NCBI GenBank assembly: GCA_025558095.1 | Contig: JAIVFI010000036.1 | Coordinates: forward strand, 186,001 to 250,000 | DNA length: 64,000 nucleotides | Source: Hyaloraphidium curvatum SAG 235-1 | Lineage: Eukaryota > Fungi > Monoblepharomycota | Direction of reading: 5' to 3' | Shown: piece after piece, positions 50,094 through 62,845 of the stretch | Layout of the letters: every line of letters starts with the position of its first letter | How positions within the stretch are numbered: the first letter of the stretch is position 1 | Translations under genes and position numbers: made by a program | Notes under the pieces: generated by a model | Told to the model about the DNA's origin: nothing | Database searches by the model: none | Seen by the model: the letters and a program-made list of their open reading frames with translations, nothing else

Positions 50094-51188
50094 ATGGCGG
50101 ACTCGTTCCTGCATCTCCCCCTGGCGGGGAGCCTGACGGCTTCCGTGTCGGTCAACCCGACGACCTTCTTTGCGATCCTGGACCACTATCTCCGGCGGCC
50201 CGATGGCCAGGCCAGGGCGGTGGGCGCGCTCCTGGGCGTGCGGTCCGAGGACGGCTCCGAGGTCGAGATCCGCAACTCCTTCGCTGTGCCGCACAAGGAG
50301 CCGGAGGTGGATATCTTGTCTATTCGGGCGTGTGGCTGCAGGGACCGTGGCTCAATGTGGTGGCACCGCTTCGGCAGGGTCTCATCGACAAGGAGTACTT
50401 TGACGACATGTACACGCTCCAGCGGCGGGTGAACGCCAAGGAGACTCCCATTGGCTGGTATGGGTCCGCGATGTGCCGTGCCCGCCGGGAGTTTTTAACG
50501 CGTCGCGCAGGTACGCCACCGGTGCCGACATTGACGACACCGTCGTGCGGCTGCACGACCTCTTTGCCGCCGAAACGGCACCCCACCCTCCCATCCTCCT
50601 CCTCGTCGATACCTCCTTCTCCAACGACAACCTCAGCATCAAGGCGTTCGTGCGGACGCACCTCGGCGTGCCGCCGGAGGAGCGGGGGAGCATCTTCACG
50701 CAAATCCCCTGCGATTCCAAGTTCTTTGACGCGGAGCGGACAGGACGTGGGTCCCCTACGTCGATGGTGCGCAGAAATGGCGCTGATGTGGTTGCTTGTC
50801 CGCAGTGGACATCATCGCCATGGCCAAGGACTCGGCCGAAGGAGCCGGCCTCCTGTCGGACATTGAGAACCTGGAGCGTTCCGTGCTGCGGTTGATGGAG
50901 ATGCTGGACAAGGTGTTGGACTACGTCAACCGGGTGGTGGTACGTTGGCGAAAGGCCTAGTATCCGCGAAACATCTGACACCCTTCGCAGGCTGGGTCGG
51001 AGCCCGTGAACAACACGATTGGGCGCTTCCTGATGGACACCGTTTCGTCGATACCCAAAATGAACGGGGCGGACTTTGAAAAGGCCTTCAACGGCCACCT
51101 GCAGGACATTCTGATGGTCGTGTACCTGGCGAACCTCACGCGCACGCAGCTGTCGATTGCGGAGCGGCTGAACGGGCTCGAGCTGTAG
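50094..51188 (+). CDS. Translation initiation factor eIF3 subunit F (MPN family)
   Basis: [29 protein letters not shown]; IGRFLMDTV; [22 protein letters not shown]. Confidence 0.92.
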
Positions 51189-51276
51189 CTAATGAGACTG
51201 TATAGATTCTGCATGTATCGACAGAGAGCAGCGCTTGTTCCATGCCGAAGGGTATAGACCGAGCCCGTGCCGTAGA

Positions 51277-52009
51277 TCACTTCTTCCCAAGGTTCCGGTT
51301 CTGGATGCGATCCCGCTTCCGCAGCTTCCGTAGCTTGTGTTTCCTGGAACGACGTCAGCGAGCGCGGAGAGCGGCGCCCGGAAGGACCCACTTGATCTTC
51401 TGATGCCGGATCTTCTTGATGTTGGCCCACAGCCGCGCGGCCTGGATCACCTCCCGCGCAAGCCTCAGCTCCTCCTCTTCCGCAGCCTGCGCCTCCTCCG
51501 CGACCACCTGCTCCTCCGCCGCAGCCGCTTCCGGGACAGTCCTCTCCTCGCCGCCCCGCAGGGTCATCCTCTGCCAATTGGACGCGTCCTCCGGCGGCGG
51601 CGCCGGCGTGCGGAACGGCACGAAGCCGCCGAACATGGACGCCAGCTGGTCCATGTAGATGTCTGGCGGGGCGCCCGTCAGCGTGGGCGGCGGCGGTGCC
51701 GGGCGGCCCACCTCTGTTCGGCTGCGGCTTCTGTGGCGCGGGCTGCGACGCGGCGGCGTGGCGGTGCGCGGCGGCCAGCGACTGCTCGCTCAGCGGCGCG
51801 TGCTGCACGAAGAACGAGTCGAGCGCGATCTTCGACGGCAGCGCGACGGCCGGCGGCCGCGGGGTGCGCGCCGGCGGGGCCGCCCGCGGCGCGGTCGACG
51901 ACAGCCCGAACGCGCGCATCGCCGCCGCGGGCCGCGCCGCGCCGGCGCCGCAACCGGTGCGCGCAAAGAGCGGCCGCAGCGGCAGCCGCGCGAGGTGATT
52001 ACGGGACAT
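51277..52009 (-). CDS. Mitochondrial ribosomal protein mS38/Cox24-like (DUF1713)
   Basis: Presequence-like N-terminus; SFFVQHAPL; C-terminal IKKIRHQKIK|KHKLRKLRKRDR. Confidence 0.75.
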
Positions 52010-52305
52010 CGGGGGTGGATGGGGTCACGGGGGCAGCCGCGCCTCCTCCGCGCGGAATCCATCAGTCGAAATCACCTGCAATTCTAGACGCTCCTCCCCG
52101 GGCCAGATTCCACCTCGGCCTCGGATCTCGGGCGGGTTCGGATAGACGTACGTGTCACGGCCATCCTGCGGGCCGGCAAGTCGCGGGAGAGAGGCGCCGT
52201 TGGCCAGGGCCAGGGGTCTCACAACAGCTACCTCCCGCCCACCCCCGGCTACACCCGGCCGTTGGCGACCACCGCAACTTCCATCGGGCCGACAGAGCCT
52301 CCAAC

Positions 52306-53812
52306 ATGGGCTTGTGTATGAGCGCCGAGGATGCGGAGAACAAGAAGCGGAACGACGAGATTGATCTGCAGCTGAAGAAGGAGAAGGCGGACCTGAAGAA
52401 CGAGATCAAGATGCTGCTGCTGGGGGCCGGCGAATCCGGTGAGAGGAGTCTTGCAACAACGCTCGTTCTCTGCTTACGGAGGTTGGTCGGCTGCCGACAG
52501 GGAAGTCCACCATTCTGAAGCGTGGGTCGCTGTTGCTCCGCCTCGCTTGGCGACGCTTAACCCGCACGTTCACCAGAGATGCAGCTCATCCACGGGAGCG
52601 GGTATACGACGGAGGAGAGAGAGGCTTTCAAGGAGATCATCTTCTCCAACACCGTGCAGTCCATGCGGGTGATCATGGACGCGATGGAGACGCTCCAAAT
52701 CGAGCTCGAGAAGCCCGAGAACGCAAAGCACCGGGACGTCATCCTCAGCCTGCCGAACCAGATCGAGGCCGACACGTTCCCGGCCGATGCGGCGGCGGCC
52801 GTGAAGGCGCTCTGGGCCGACGCGGGGGTCAAGGCCTGCGTTGCACGGTCGCGGGAGTACCAGCTCAACGACTCGGCGCGATAGTGGGTGGGCTTGCACT
52901 CACTGCATGCCACTTCTCTCAAGCTTGCTCTGCACAGCTACTTCGATGCCATCGATCGGATATCGGCGCCCGACTACCTCCCGACTGACCAGGACGTGCT
53001 CCGGTCTCGCGTCAAGACCACGGGCATCACGGAAACAACCTTCCACATCGGCGAGCTCACCTACCGGTTCGTTACAGCGGTAACCGGTCGCCGGTCTCTC
53101 GCTCAAATGGCCCATGGATGCCAGGATGTTCGACGTCGGCGGCCAGCGGTCCGAGCGCAAGAAGTGGATCCACTGCTTCGAAAACGTGACCTCGATCGTC
53201 TTCCTGGTCGCCATCAGCGAGTACGACCAGGTGCTGGTGGAGGACGAGAACGTCGTTAGTTCGCGCCGAGCCCTGTCCGGACGGCGATCGTTTGCTGACG
53301 AGGATCCGGATCAGAACCGCATGCAGGAAGCCTTGACCCTCTTCGACTCGATCTGCAACTCGCGATGGTTCACAAAGACCTCAATCATCCTCTTCCTCAA
53401 CAAGGTCGACCTGTTCAAGGAGAAGCTCAGCAAATCCCCCCTGCAAAAGTACTTCCCTGATTACACCGGTCGGTTCCCTCTTGGCGCTGTCTTCGTTGTT
53501 TGACACTCACTTGGGCAGGCGGCGATGACTACGAGGCGGCCTGCGAGTACTTCCAAAGGCGTTTCGTCAGTCTGAACCAGAACGAGGAGAAGCAAATATG
53601 TGGGCTTCCCGTTTCCGAGGCGCGCATGCTCCGCTGACATCCCACGCTCCAGACACTCACTTCACGTGCGCAACGGACACGACGCAAATCAAGTTCGTCA
53701 TGTCTGCGGTAGGTTGACGTCTATCGCGGGGCCCCGGAAAGATCTCACCTGCCGCTTCCAGGTGAACGACATCCTCATCCAGGGCAACCTCCGAGATACC
53801 GGACTCATCTAG
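52306..53812 (+). CDS. Heterotrimeric G-protein alpha subunit
   Basis: MGLCMS acylation motif, [50 protein letters not shown]. Confidence 0.97.
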
Positions 53813-53901
53813 ATACACATGGCGATTGGAATACCTCGGGGCGATGCCGTCTAGACCGAGATTTTGTACAGTTGACGACCAAGAGATATCGTTTTGGCGG
53901 T

Positions 53902-55363
53902 CTAGTCGTCGGCCTCCGGGTCGGCATCGTCGTCGCCCTCCACCTCGGCGTTCTCCCGCTCGACCTTGGCCATGAGCTGAGCGAGCTCTTGCTCGTCGGT
54001 TTCGCTGACTGCCTTGGGCTGGAAAAGGGTTTAATCAACACACGATCTGTCGAGGTTAACGAGCAGGACGAACCTTCATCTTCACGTTCAAAATGCCCTG
54101 GCTCTTGGTAATGACCGCCTCGATTTGAGACAGGGCCTTTTCCATGACCTCCAGGCCGATCGTTTTGTCCACGCAGTGCGTCGTCATGACGTAAAGTGGC
54201 GGGGCGATGAGCTTGATCTGCCGTCAAAAAGCTTTCAGAAAACGCCCGAAACGGATCCTGCTCGGGCGCAAGCACCTTGATTGGTGCGTCCTCCGTCGAA
54301 GCCTCCTCCCCAGCCGTCAATGCTGCCTTGACGGCATCGATACCCTCGTACGCGAAGCACGTAACTTCAATGTCTAGAAGCGACTGTGTCAACGTCTGCA
54401 GTGCCCGTTAACCTTGAAAGGCAGCTCACCAGAGCGAAACTTGATCGGTTGCGGCGTAAGCCTGCGCCGGATGTTGGCAAAGAGCTCTTTCTTGATCTCG
54501 TCCGTCATCTCAATCCCCTCAAACACCTTGTCCGGCTCACTGCGACCCGAAGATGCCGTCAGACAGCAGCACCATTCAAAACAAAGTTCAAAGCCCACGT
54601 GATGGCAAGTTTGAAAGCGTCATAAGCGTGGCCGTACTTTTCGTACAGCGGCCATCCGACACTCTTGTAGAGATCCTCGAGCGGCATGTCAAGCCGTTCG
54701 GCCACGTGCCCCAAGATAGAGTGGACCTGAATGACACCAATCAATCACGGCCTGCGATCCCGTACGGCCCAGGAGTGCCCACCGCCTTGGACTTGTTGAA
54801 CTTTTCCTCGCACTTCACAATCTCCTCAGGCGACACCCTCCGCTTCGAAAGATCAATATAGCCTGAGGGAAAACGCGTTACTCATGCCGTTGAATGAGCC
54901 CGGCGAGGAACATGCCCACCTTTGTCCTTGTCCACCCTCATCACCACCACGACCTCGTTCCGCCCTATCCGAATCAGCTTCTGCACCGACCGGATACGTC
55001 TCCGCGAAAGCTCGCTGAGCAGAATCATGCCCTCGATGTTGTTGTACTCCAGCAGGTGAACGTAGGCGCCCATCTCCTTAATCGCCCGCACGTTCACCAT
55101 GACCAGCTCGTCGATGTCCGGGAACTGCTTCTCGTACTGCAGCGGCAATCCCAGTTACTGACCGGCCCTCCGATCCCGCCATTCATGCCGATTCGCACCA
55201 TTCGGCACTGGAATTTTGACCGGTCGATGCCCTGGGCTGCGAGCTCCAGCTCGGCGCGGAGCGCGGCCTCGTGCTCGTCCTCCTCGGGCTCAGCCTCCCC
55301 GTTGGCCTTCACATGGAAATCCTCCTGCTCATCTCCGCTCGACTCATCATCGTACGGATCCAT
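53902..55363 (-). CDS. SUI2: Translation initiation factor eIF2 alpha
   Basis: CRM|[30 protein letters not shown] (Ser51 site), [27 protein letters not shown]. Confidence 0.96.
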
Positions 55364-55487
55364 TTTGCGGTCGAGCGGCGGCCCCGCACGTCTGGGGCGC
55401 GCTGGAGACGACACGGGGAGTTTGCTTTTCGGCGGCGTCTCGGCGCGCGGCGCGGGCGTCGCTCATGCTTCGAGTACAACAACCGCT

Positions 55488-56910
55488 TTAGGTCCCCAAT
55501 CTCGTACACTCCAGCTCTTCCTTGAGCTTTCTCTCCTCCTGCAGCTCGTTTTCGAGCGCAGCCAACAGATTTCGGTGGTAGGTTGCCCTCCTCGTCGCCA
55601 CCGCCTTCTCGATCGCCTGCCGCCGATCTGCTTCCGCCTCGGCTTCTTTCTCCCTCCGAGATCGTTCTTCCTCTGCCTTTTTCTCGACCTCCGCGAGTCG
55701 GTCCATCAGGGCGGCGTGCGTGTCCTACACAGGACCCTGTGTCGGTATGTGTGTGATGGGAAGCGACGATCTGTCCGCTCACGTTTAGCTTCGTTAACCG
55801 TCTCTTGCTGGCCTGCAGGTTCCCGTTTGCCTCCTCGATGCGCTTCTTTAAGACGACATGGTTGTGCTCGATCATCTCGGCGCCGAGAAGGTACTCCAAC
55901 TTTGCCTGACGGAAGCTTCGTCAAGGTCAGGCACACTACTGGAGCGGATAGTCTCACATCCAGCAGATCAGACTCCATTTCGTGGAGCCTACTGTTGAGC
56001 TTGTCCTGCATGCCCTTGAAGTCCACTTCGCTCTTTTGTTCCAATGCGCGAAGCTCGTCTGCGGCCTTCGTCAACCGATCAAGCCTGTCCTGCAGCATTT
56101 GCCTGAAGAAACAGGTCATTAGGGGCTGGTGAGGATGCGTCATTGGTGGATACTGACTCCTGCTCGTCCTGATGGGCCCGAAGGAGTCGCTCGAACTTGT
56201 CCGCGGCGTCTTTCCCGATCCCATCAAGCTTCGCCTGGAATACTTCCAGCATTTTGTCCAAAGTGGTGATATAGAACTCTCGCAAACATCCCTCAGCAGC
56301 CTGCGCACGACTCAAGTATGCGTCTGGAAGAATATGAGCCTTGCAAGCACAAGCTGGGATAAATGCCCCTCACCAATGTCTCTCTGCTGATCTAGGATCT
56401 CCTTCTCATGCTACTTCAAGCTGCTTTAGCAGCTTCGCACTACTACCCGCAGCCCATTGCGTACCTCCTCGTCCTGAGCCAGCAGGTCGGCCTTCAGATC
56501 CAGCACGAATGCGTTCCGCTCCGCCACAGCGTCCTCGGAAAGCTTTGTCGCCTGTGCCAGAATCTAATGCATCCGCCAGAGCAGTGAGGAGGCCGTCTGA
56601 TTCCGTGACACGGAAGAAGGCGGACCTCTTGAAGCTTCACCTCGTCGTCGAGGTCCTGCCACCCGGCAACACTGTCCTCGATGCTTGTCGCCCATTCTGA
56701 CCCCGTCTTGGCACTAAAGATAGCCTGGGCCCGGCGGTTGGCCCTTCTCCGCGCAGCAGTGGCCCTGCAGCACTCCCGCTCCAGGGCCGCCGGGAGCACG
56801 TCGTCGGCAGGCGGGGGACAGCCCACGGCCAGGAGTTCGAGTCCAAACTCGTCCCCTGCAAATGAATCTTCCATCTCTTTCCGGCGGGAAACCGCTGCAG
56901 CCTCGGCCAT
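55488..56910 (-). CDS. Divergent, C-terminally truncated dynein regulatory complex subunit 1 (DRC1/CCDC164)-like coiled-coil protein
   Basis: Spliced product RNAFVLDLKADLLAQDEEHEKEILDQQRDI...YLLGAEMIEHNHVVLKKRIEE..KRRLTKLND resembles my recollection of the DRC1 NYD-SP28 region. Confidence 0.6.
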
Positions 56911-57071
56911 AGTCGCGCCGGAATTGCAGCGACGCCAGGGGTTTCGCGGGCGCGGTAAGCAATCAGCGAACCGGTCGAACGCGCCCGCGCTTCGCGGCAT
57001 CTCGAGCCGTCGTTCAACGCGTTTAGCGCGTACATCTCGCTCTTGAATGGTCTATCGGCCGCGATAGCGCG

Positions 57072-57871
57072 ATGGCCTCTCCGCTGCTGCCGCCGCAGCC
57101 CAAGAACGTGGTCCACGAACTCGGAGCGATCAAGAAGCAGCTTGAGCTGCTTCAGGTCCGTCATCGGGCCGGTGCCGCCAGCAGGAAGGATTCTGAATCA
57201 TTGGGAACAGGAATCGCTCGCCGCTTTGTACAACGTGCCCGCACAGGCGAACTGGTGGGTTGGTCCGCTCTCCAGCTTCCCCAAGTGTCTGACGCTAGGC
57301 AGGCCGGAGGTTCTCTCGCGCTTCCAAATCCTCAACATTCGCTACGGCCAGGTCCTCGATGAGATCTCGAGGAGCTCCGTCGCGAATTATGTGGCGTTCC
57401 CCTTTGGCTTGCCGGAGGACCCGGAGTTCAGTGAGTCCGACCTGGGAAGAGGCGTTGGACGTCGTTGACTCCGGGCAGTTCCTCGAGTCCTGCTGCGGAC
57501 GAAGCTGATTCCGGAAATCGAGGCGGAACAGCAGAAGATATGGGAGAAAGCCAAGAAGGATCTCGACGAGAGCGGGGCAGACGTCAAGGTGAAGCGTGAC
57601 CTTGCGGATCATTCTATGTCCGATCTCACCTTTTATCTAGGAGCTCGTGCGGCGCCACGACGAAGTCGCAAAGGCGGCGGCGTCTTTCGTTCGGAAGTAC
57701 ACGCGCTACGACGACGCGGGCGAGGACTACAGGCAGGAGCTGACGGGACGCACCACGCCGCCTCCGGCGCTGGCAAAGATGAGGAAGCTCGACCCACACG
57801 TGGCCAAGAAGGATCTGGAGGCGATTTTGCGGTTCCAATCCCAGAACGTCTTTGGACCCCCGAGAAGATAA
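57072..57871 (+). CDS. MED8: Mediator subunit 8
   Basis: NW|PEVLSRFQIL..YVAFP..|PRVLLRTKLIPEIE. Confidence 0.75.
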
Positions 57872-57960
57872 AGCGGGGAGGGCTGGACATCTTGGCGATC
57901 GTGCGTCGGCCGACAATCCTTGAATGAGATACCAACAACGAATCTGTACATATCAATACC

Positions 57961-58750
57961 TCAGAAACCCAGCTGCAGCTCCGGCTCCCCGCTATTTCTC
58001 CCAAACCAGAACAGCATCGACCTAACGAAGTCATACCATTAACGCTCGTCCGTCGCCACTCCTCGCCTTACCTACCCAGCAAAGATCAAAACGTTCTGCG
58101 CCACGATCATGAAGCCCCCGTACGCGTCCTCGCCCGTGTATCCGGGGATAATGTACTTGAGGCTCATGATGGCCAGCGAGCCGCCCAACGCTCCCTGGTA
58201 TGGACCTTCAGAACTTCCGCGATCGATCGTAAATGACGACAGACTGCGCACCAGTGCCATAGTCACTCCCAGGAAGGCCCACAGCCGTGCCTTGAACGCC
58301 ACGTAGCTGCCGTCGTGGGTGAACTCGGTCGCGTTCAGCGCCGTCTTGTCGATCAGGTTGACCATGATGAGCGACACCGTGCTGAGCAGGCCGGGCACCC
58401 AGTCCTCGAACTTGATCGCGACCGGCAGCGGCGGGTCGTGCGAGCCGGAGTAGATGACCGAATCGATGAAGGCCCACCACCCGAGCGTGAACTGGGGGCG
58501 ACGCGTCGCGATGAGACGCGCCACTGGATCTCTTGCTCAGCGGTCTCACCAGCGCGCCGGCGGTGTATCCGACGACCGCCTTGATCGGCAGGTGCTCCCG
58601 CGCCCACGCAATGACCGGGTCGAAGCAGTTACATTTGAAGTACCACGGTGAGACGGGCGAGACTCCTCCGCGGTACGCCCTCTGCGGCGGTGCCACACGG
58701 TCCGTCTCGCCCTCCGTGCCGACAGAGAGAGGCGCGTAGCGGGTGGGCAT
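57961..58750 (-). CDS. VPS68: Vps68/TMEM50 (UPF0220) membrane protein
   Basis: GYTAGAL|FTLGWWAFID, FEDWVPGLLST..MVNLIDK, ARLWAFLG. Confidence 0.88.
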
Positions 58751-58819
58751 CGCGGGCGGAAGACGTGCACCTGGGCGGCGCAAAGGTTTGACGCCACGCT
58801 TGTCTCGTCGGCCTCATCG

Positions 58820-61430
58820 ATGCTCAGCGCAGGGCGGGCTATTGCCCGGCTGCCCGCCGCGAAGTTAATCGTAGAGCCTTCTGTACCGTGTACTGCTCGG
58901 AAGGCCTCCCGGAATGTCCCTTGGACTTGCCATGGGCTCGGACGTAGCTTCGCGCCCCGGCACGCCACACGGAGCTTTACGACCAGCGGAGGCCCGCAAA
59001 GAGCCTTGCGGGGACCGATAAAGCAGGCTGTAATTAACACGGATCGCGTGGGGCCCTCGGACGATGGCTCAAGGAGCCAGTTTCACGACCCTCTGGACGA
59101 GGACCTCCGGAGGCTCTTTGACGATCCTTCTCCGCCGTCGCGGGGGGCTGCTGGCCGCCTTGGCAGGCGTGGAAAACAGACTGGACTCTTTGGCGATCTC
59201 GCCTTGACTTCACCTGATGCCCTGCTGAAGCACTCGCGGCGCGCGCTCAAACGGGCAAACGCGATCGTCGAGCGAGTCTGCTCGCCGCCCTCGGGTCCGG
59301 AGGACCTGTACAGGGTTGTCAGGCGCCTCGACAGGCTTAGCGACGTCGTTTGCTCCGTCGTGGATGCTGCCGAAGTGATCCGGAACATCCACCCGGATCC
59401 GCGATGGGTGGCGGCCGCGGACGAGGTCCATGCGCAGCTCTCGAGCTATTTGAACCAGCTAAACACGCATCAGGGACTCTACGAGGTGCGCTGTTTTAAT
59501 GCACTTATTGCCTCGCGCAGTGCCTAAACTAGGTTCTCTCTTCAGGCCCTCAAGCGGGCCAACTCTGTTCTGGAGGTCCGCAGCAGCTGGTCGCCGACAG
59601 AGAAGCGGGTCGCAGACCTGCTGCTATCTGACTTTGAAAAGTCGGGGATCCACATGGCCGAGAAACAGCGCCTCGCCTTTGTTCATCTGCACGACGAGAT
59701 CCTGCGTGTTGGACACCGGTTCACCCTGAACGGCGGACCGGGCGTACGGGACGTGGACGTGGCCGACCCGTGGAACAAGCTGCGCGGAGTGCGATCCGAC
59801 GTGATCCGGTCTCTGATTCAAAAGACGCCATCGGGCGAGGTGGCGCGGATACCCACGGCCGGTTACCCTGCGCAGCTGGTGATGCGGACAGCTCGAGATG
59901 AGGATGTGCGGCGCCGCCTTTATCTGGCCATGAACTCAGCGACCGAGGACCAAGTGGAGGTGCTCGACAGGTTACTGAGGCTGCGTGCAGAGCTCGCGCG
60001 TTTGCTGGGGAAGCGGAGCTACGCCCAAGTTTATCTTGAGGACAAGATGGCTCGCGATCCCGGTGAGTTGATTCTTGTCGAAGCGGGAAACGCTCGGCTC
60101 AATCACCGGTGTCGAAAGCCCGGGTCATGCAGTTTCTGAAGGCGTTGTCGGACGTGCACAAGCCGAGAGCCCAGCTGGAGATGGATAACCTCAGGAAACT
60201 CAAGCAGCTACATGGTCCGAAGGGCTCGGGAACCGATTCTCCCACGTTGGAAGCGTGGGATCGCCAGTTCTACTCCCAGTTTCTCCCGCAGCCTCCCGCG
60301 GATGCCGTCTTCCCCGCCATGCACATGCCTTTGGCGCACCCCGTAGCCCACGGGGCCCGCTCAACCTCGGGCGGCGTCTCGCTCGGAACCGTGATTGCGG
60401 GTCTGTCGCGGCTGCTGCACATTCTCTACGGCATCCGCCTCGTACCAGCTACCGCCGAATCCGGGGAACTCTGGCACCACGGCGTGCGCCGCATGGACGC
60501 CGTTCACGACGTCGAAGGTCGGGTAGGCACAATTTACTGCGACCTGCTCTCGCGCGAGCGCGAAGGCAGTCGCAAGTACGAGAACGCGGCCCATTTCACC
60601 GTGCAGTGTTCGCGCCGCATGGACTGGGATGTGGAGGACCCCATCGTTCCGGCTGACGGGATCGAGGACAGCGTCGTCGTACCGGGGAGGGAGGGAAGGT
60701 TCAAGCTGCCCGTTGTGGTGCTCGTCACCAACTTCAACCCCGGGAGCAAGCTGACGTGGGTCGAGGTGGAGACGGTCTTTCACGAGATGGGCCATGCCGT
60801 TCACTGTGAGTGATTTGGCCGAGGTCGCATGCACCGCGCACTCATTCTCGGCTCGCCTGCGATGCAGCCATGCTTGCGCGAACCGATTTCCAGCACGTAG
60901 CGGGCACCCGGTGCCAGATGGACTTTGTCGAAGTGCCTTCGACATTGATGGAGTTTCTGCTCCGCTACGTCGGGATCCCTGGCGTCGCCGTGCCGCCGTT
61001 CCAGCGGGATTCCCTCGACCTGCAGACCCAGCTGCGACTGGCTGTTCTGGACCAGGTCTACCATTCGGACGCTGCGCTGTCGCCGGACTTTGACAGCACG
61101 GAAATTGGCGCCCGCATCCAGCGCCAGTTCGATGTGCTACCTTACGTGACCGGCACTGCCTGGCAGGTGCAGTTCGGACACCTTTTCTCATACGGCTGCG
61201 GCTACTACACATATTTGTGGTCGCGACTGTGGGCGGGACGCATATTCCGGAAGCTCTTTGCAGGCAAGGGCGAGCAGGAGATGCGGGCGGGCGGGGACAG
61301 GCTTAGGACCGAGGTCCTCGAATGGGGCGGGGGCCGAGATGGCTGGGAGTCGCTCAAGGCGCTGGGCATCGTCAAGGATGAGGACGAGTCGGGGCTGAGC
61401 AAGGTGTCGTTGGAAGAGCTTGGGATGTAA
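58820..61430 (+). CDS. OCT1: Mitochondrial intermediate peptidase (M3 family)
   Basis: Presequence; LDRLSDVVCSVVDAAE; DFEKSGIH; GTIYCDL; AAHFTVQCSRR; FHEMGHAVH (HExxH); FGHLFSYG. Confidence 0.95.
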
Positions 61431-61696
61431 TGTGGTCAATTCGAGAGTGCCTCTTGCGATGCTACCCTCATGGCTCTGCCTTTAATGAAGAGGAATCAGG
61501 GCATGGATCCATCACCCGTTGCCAGCCTTGAATCCGACCGAAAAGGCCGGGGTTGTGGGCAGGGGGCTCATGCCTCGAAAGTCAAGTTCAAGTCCCTCGC
61601 ACGAGGCATCTATACCCCACCCTCCTGGACATGCTTGGCGTCCAAGCGGCCGGAGAAACAGAGGCTCCGAGCACTAAAACGGTCGAAGCACCACCG

Positions 61697-62582
61697 ATGG
61701 TGGACAGGCACGTGTTTTGGCCTCCCCGGCGGCGGAGAAGGGGTGCTCACTGAAAGGGTGTCCGTGCAGAGAGGAGGCCGATGCGGCCCCGCTTCTCAAA
61801 GAAACGGGTTCCGAAAACGGGCATGGCGATGCGACGGAGCCCGTGGAGCAGGAGGAGCCCGAGGAACCCCGGAGAGACAAGGGGAAGCGGAAGCTGACGG
61901 ACGAGGAGGTGGACGCGGACGCGTCCCGCAAGCGTCGGGACGTCGGAGGTGCGTCTCTGCGCCCGATTGCCTCGATTTACATTGGTTAATGAGCTCCGGA
62001 TGCGAAGAATCGGCCGAGGAAGGTGCCGAAGAGCTGGGAGTCGGACTCGAAGAGGAAGACGAGGAAGAGGAGGCCGTCGAGACTTCCGAAGGCGAAGACG
62101 ACAGCGAGGACGGCTCGGAGGAAGATTCGGACGAAGATGACGAGGAGGAGGACGACGAAGAGGGGCCGAGCAACGCGGGAAAGAAGGGCAGCTCGAGCGC
62201 GGTGCGCCGATTGGTCTTTGCCGACTGTTTCCAAGTCTGACCCCGATCTGGCCGATTCAGATGGCCGAGGATCTCGACGAGGAGCTGACGGAAGAGCAAG
62301 AGCTGCAGGAGCTCCGTGAGCTCTCCGTCTTCGCCTCCAGCGGCCCTGCGCTGACCTTCCCGTCCTGCAGTCGAAGACTACGACGACATACCCGCCTCCG
62401 AGATCCTGACCACGGGCCGGCGCACCCGCGGCAAGCAGATCGACTTTGTCGCCGCCATGGAGCGCGATCGGCTCGAGCGCGGCGCGGGGTCCAGCAGCGC
62501 CACGGCGCCGGCCGAGGCCGGGTTGGAGTTGGAGAGCGAGGATGACGGGTTCGACGAGGACTTCGAGGACGGATCCGAGTAG
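61697..62582 (+). CDS. Acidic histone-chaperone (CHZ domain) protein
   Basis: Highly acidic; DDIPASEILTTGRRTRGKQIDF matches the CHZ motif. The start assumes a GC-AG first intron. Confidence 0.7.
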
Positions 62583-62845
62583 GCGACATGGCGGAAGATA
62601 CCCCGTAGGACTCGGACATGGACGTGGGAGTGCAATGCAGAAGAAAGTTGAGAAGTGCGCGAGAAGTCCGCGCGAAGTCCTCCTCAAGACGTAGACCGGA
62701 CTCGGACTTGAGCGGGAGCGAAGATACTGCACATTCCGAATCTATCTTTTTCCCACCGCGACGCCTATGTACAAGGCAATAAGACCTCAGATCTCTATCC
62801 TGCAATGGCAATCCCAGATGCAGACACCATGACAAGACGCTCAGT

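Noticed and set aside
52501-52521. GC donor after the G-alpha 21-nt exon
   Set aside because: The frame is satisfied by the canonical GT one base later (AAGC|gtgggt..cag|AG)
61570-61609. tRNA or Pol III gene (GTTCAAGTCC inside an ATGCCTCG/CGAGGCAT hairpin)
   Set aside because: No cloverleaf or A-box can be built
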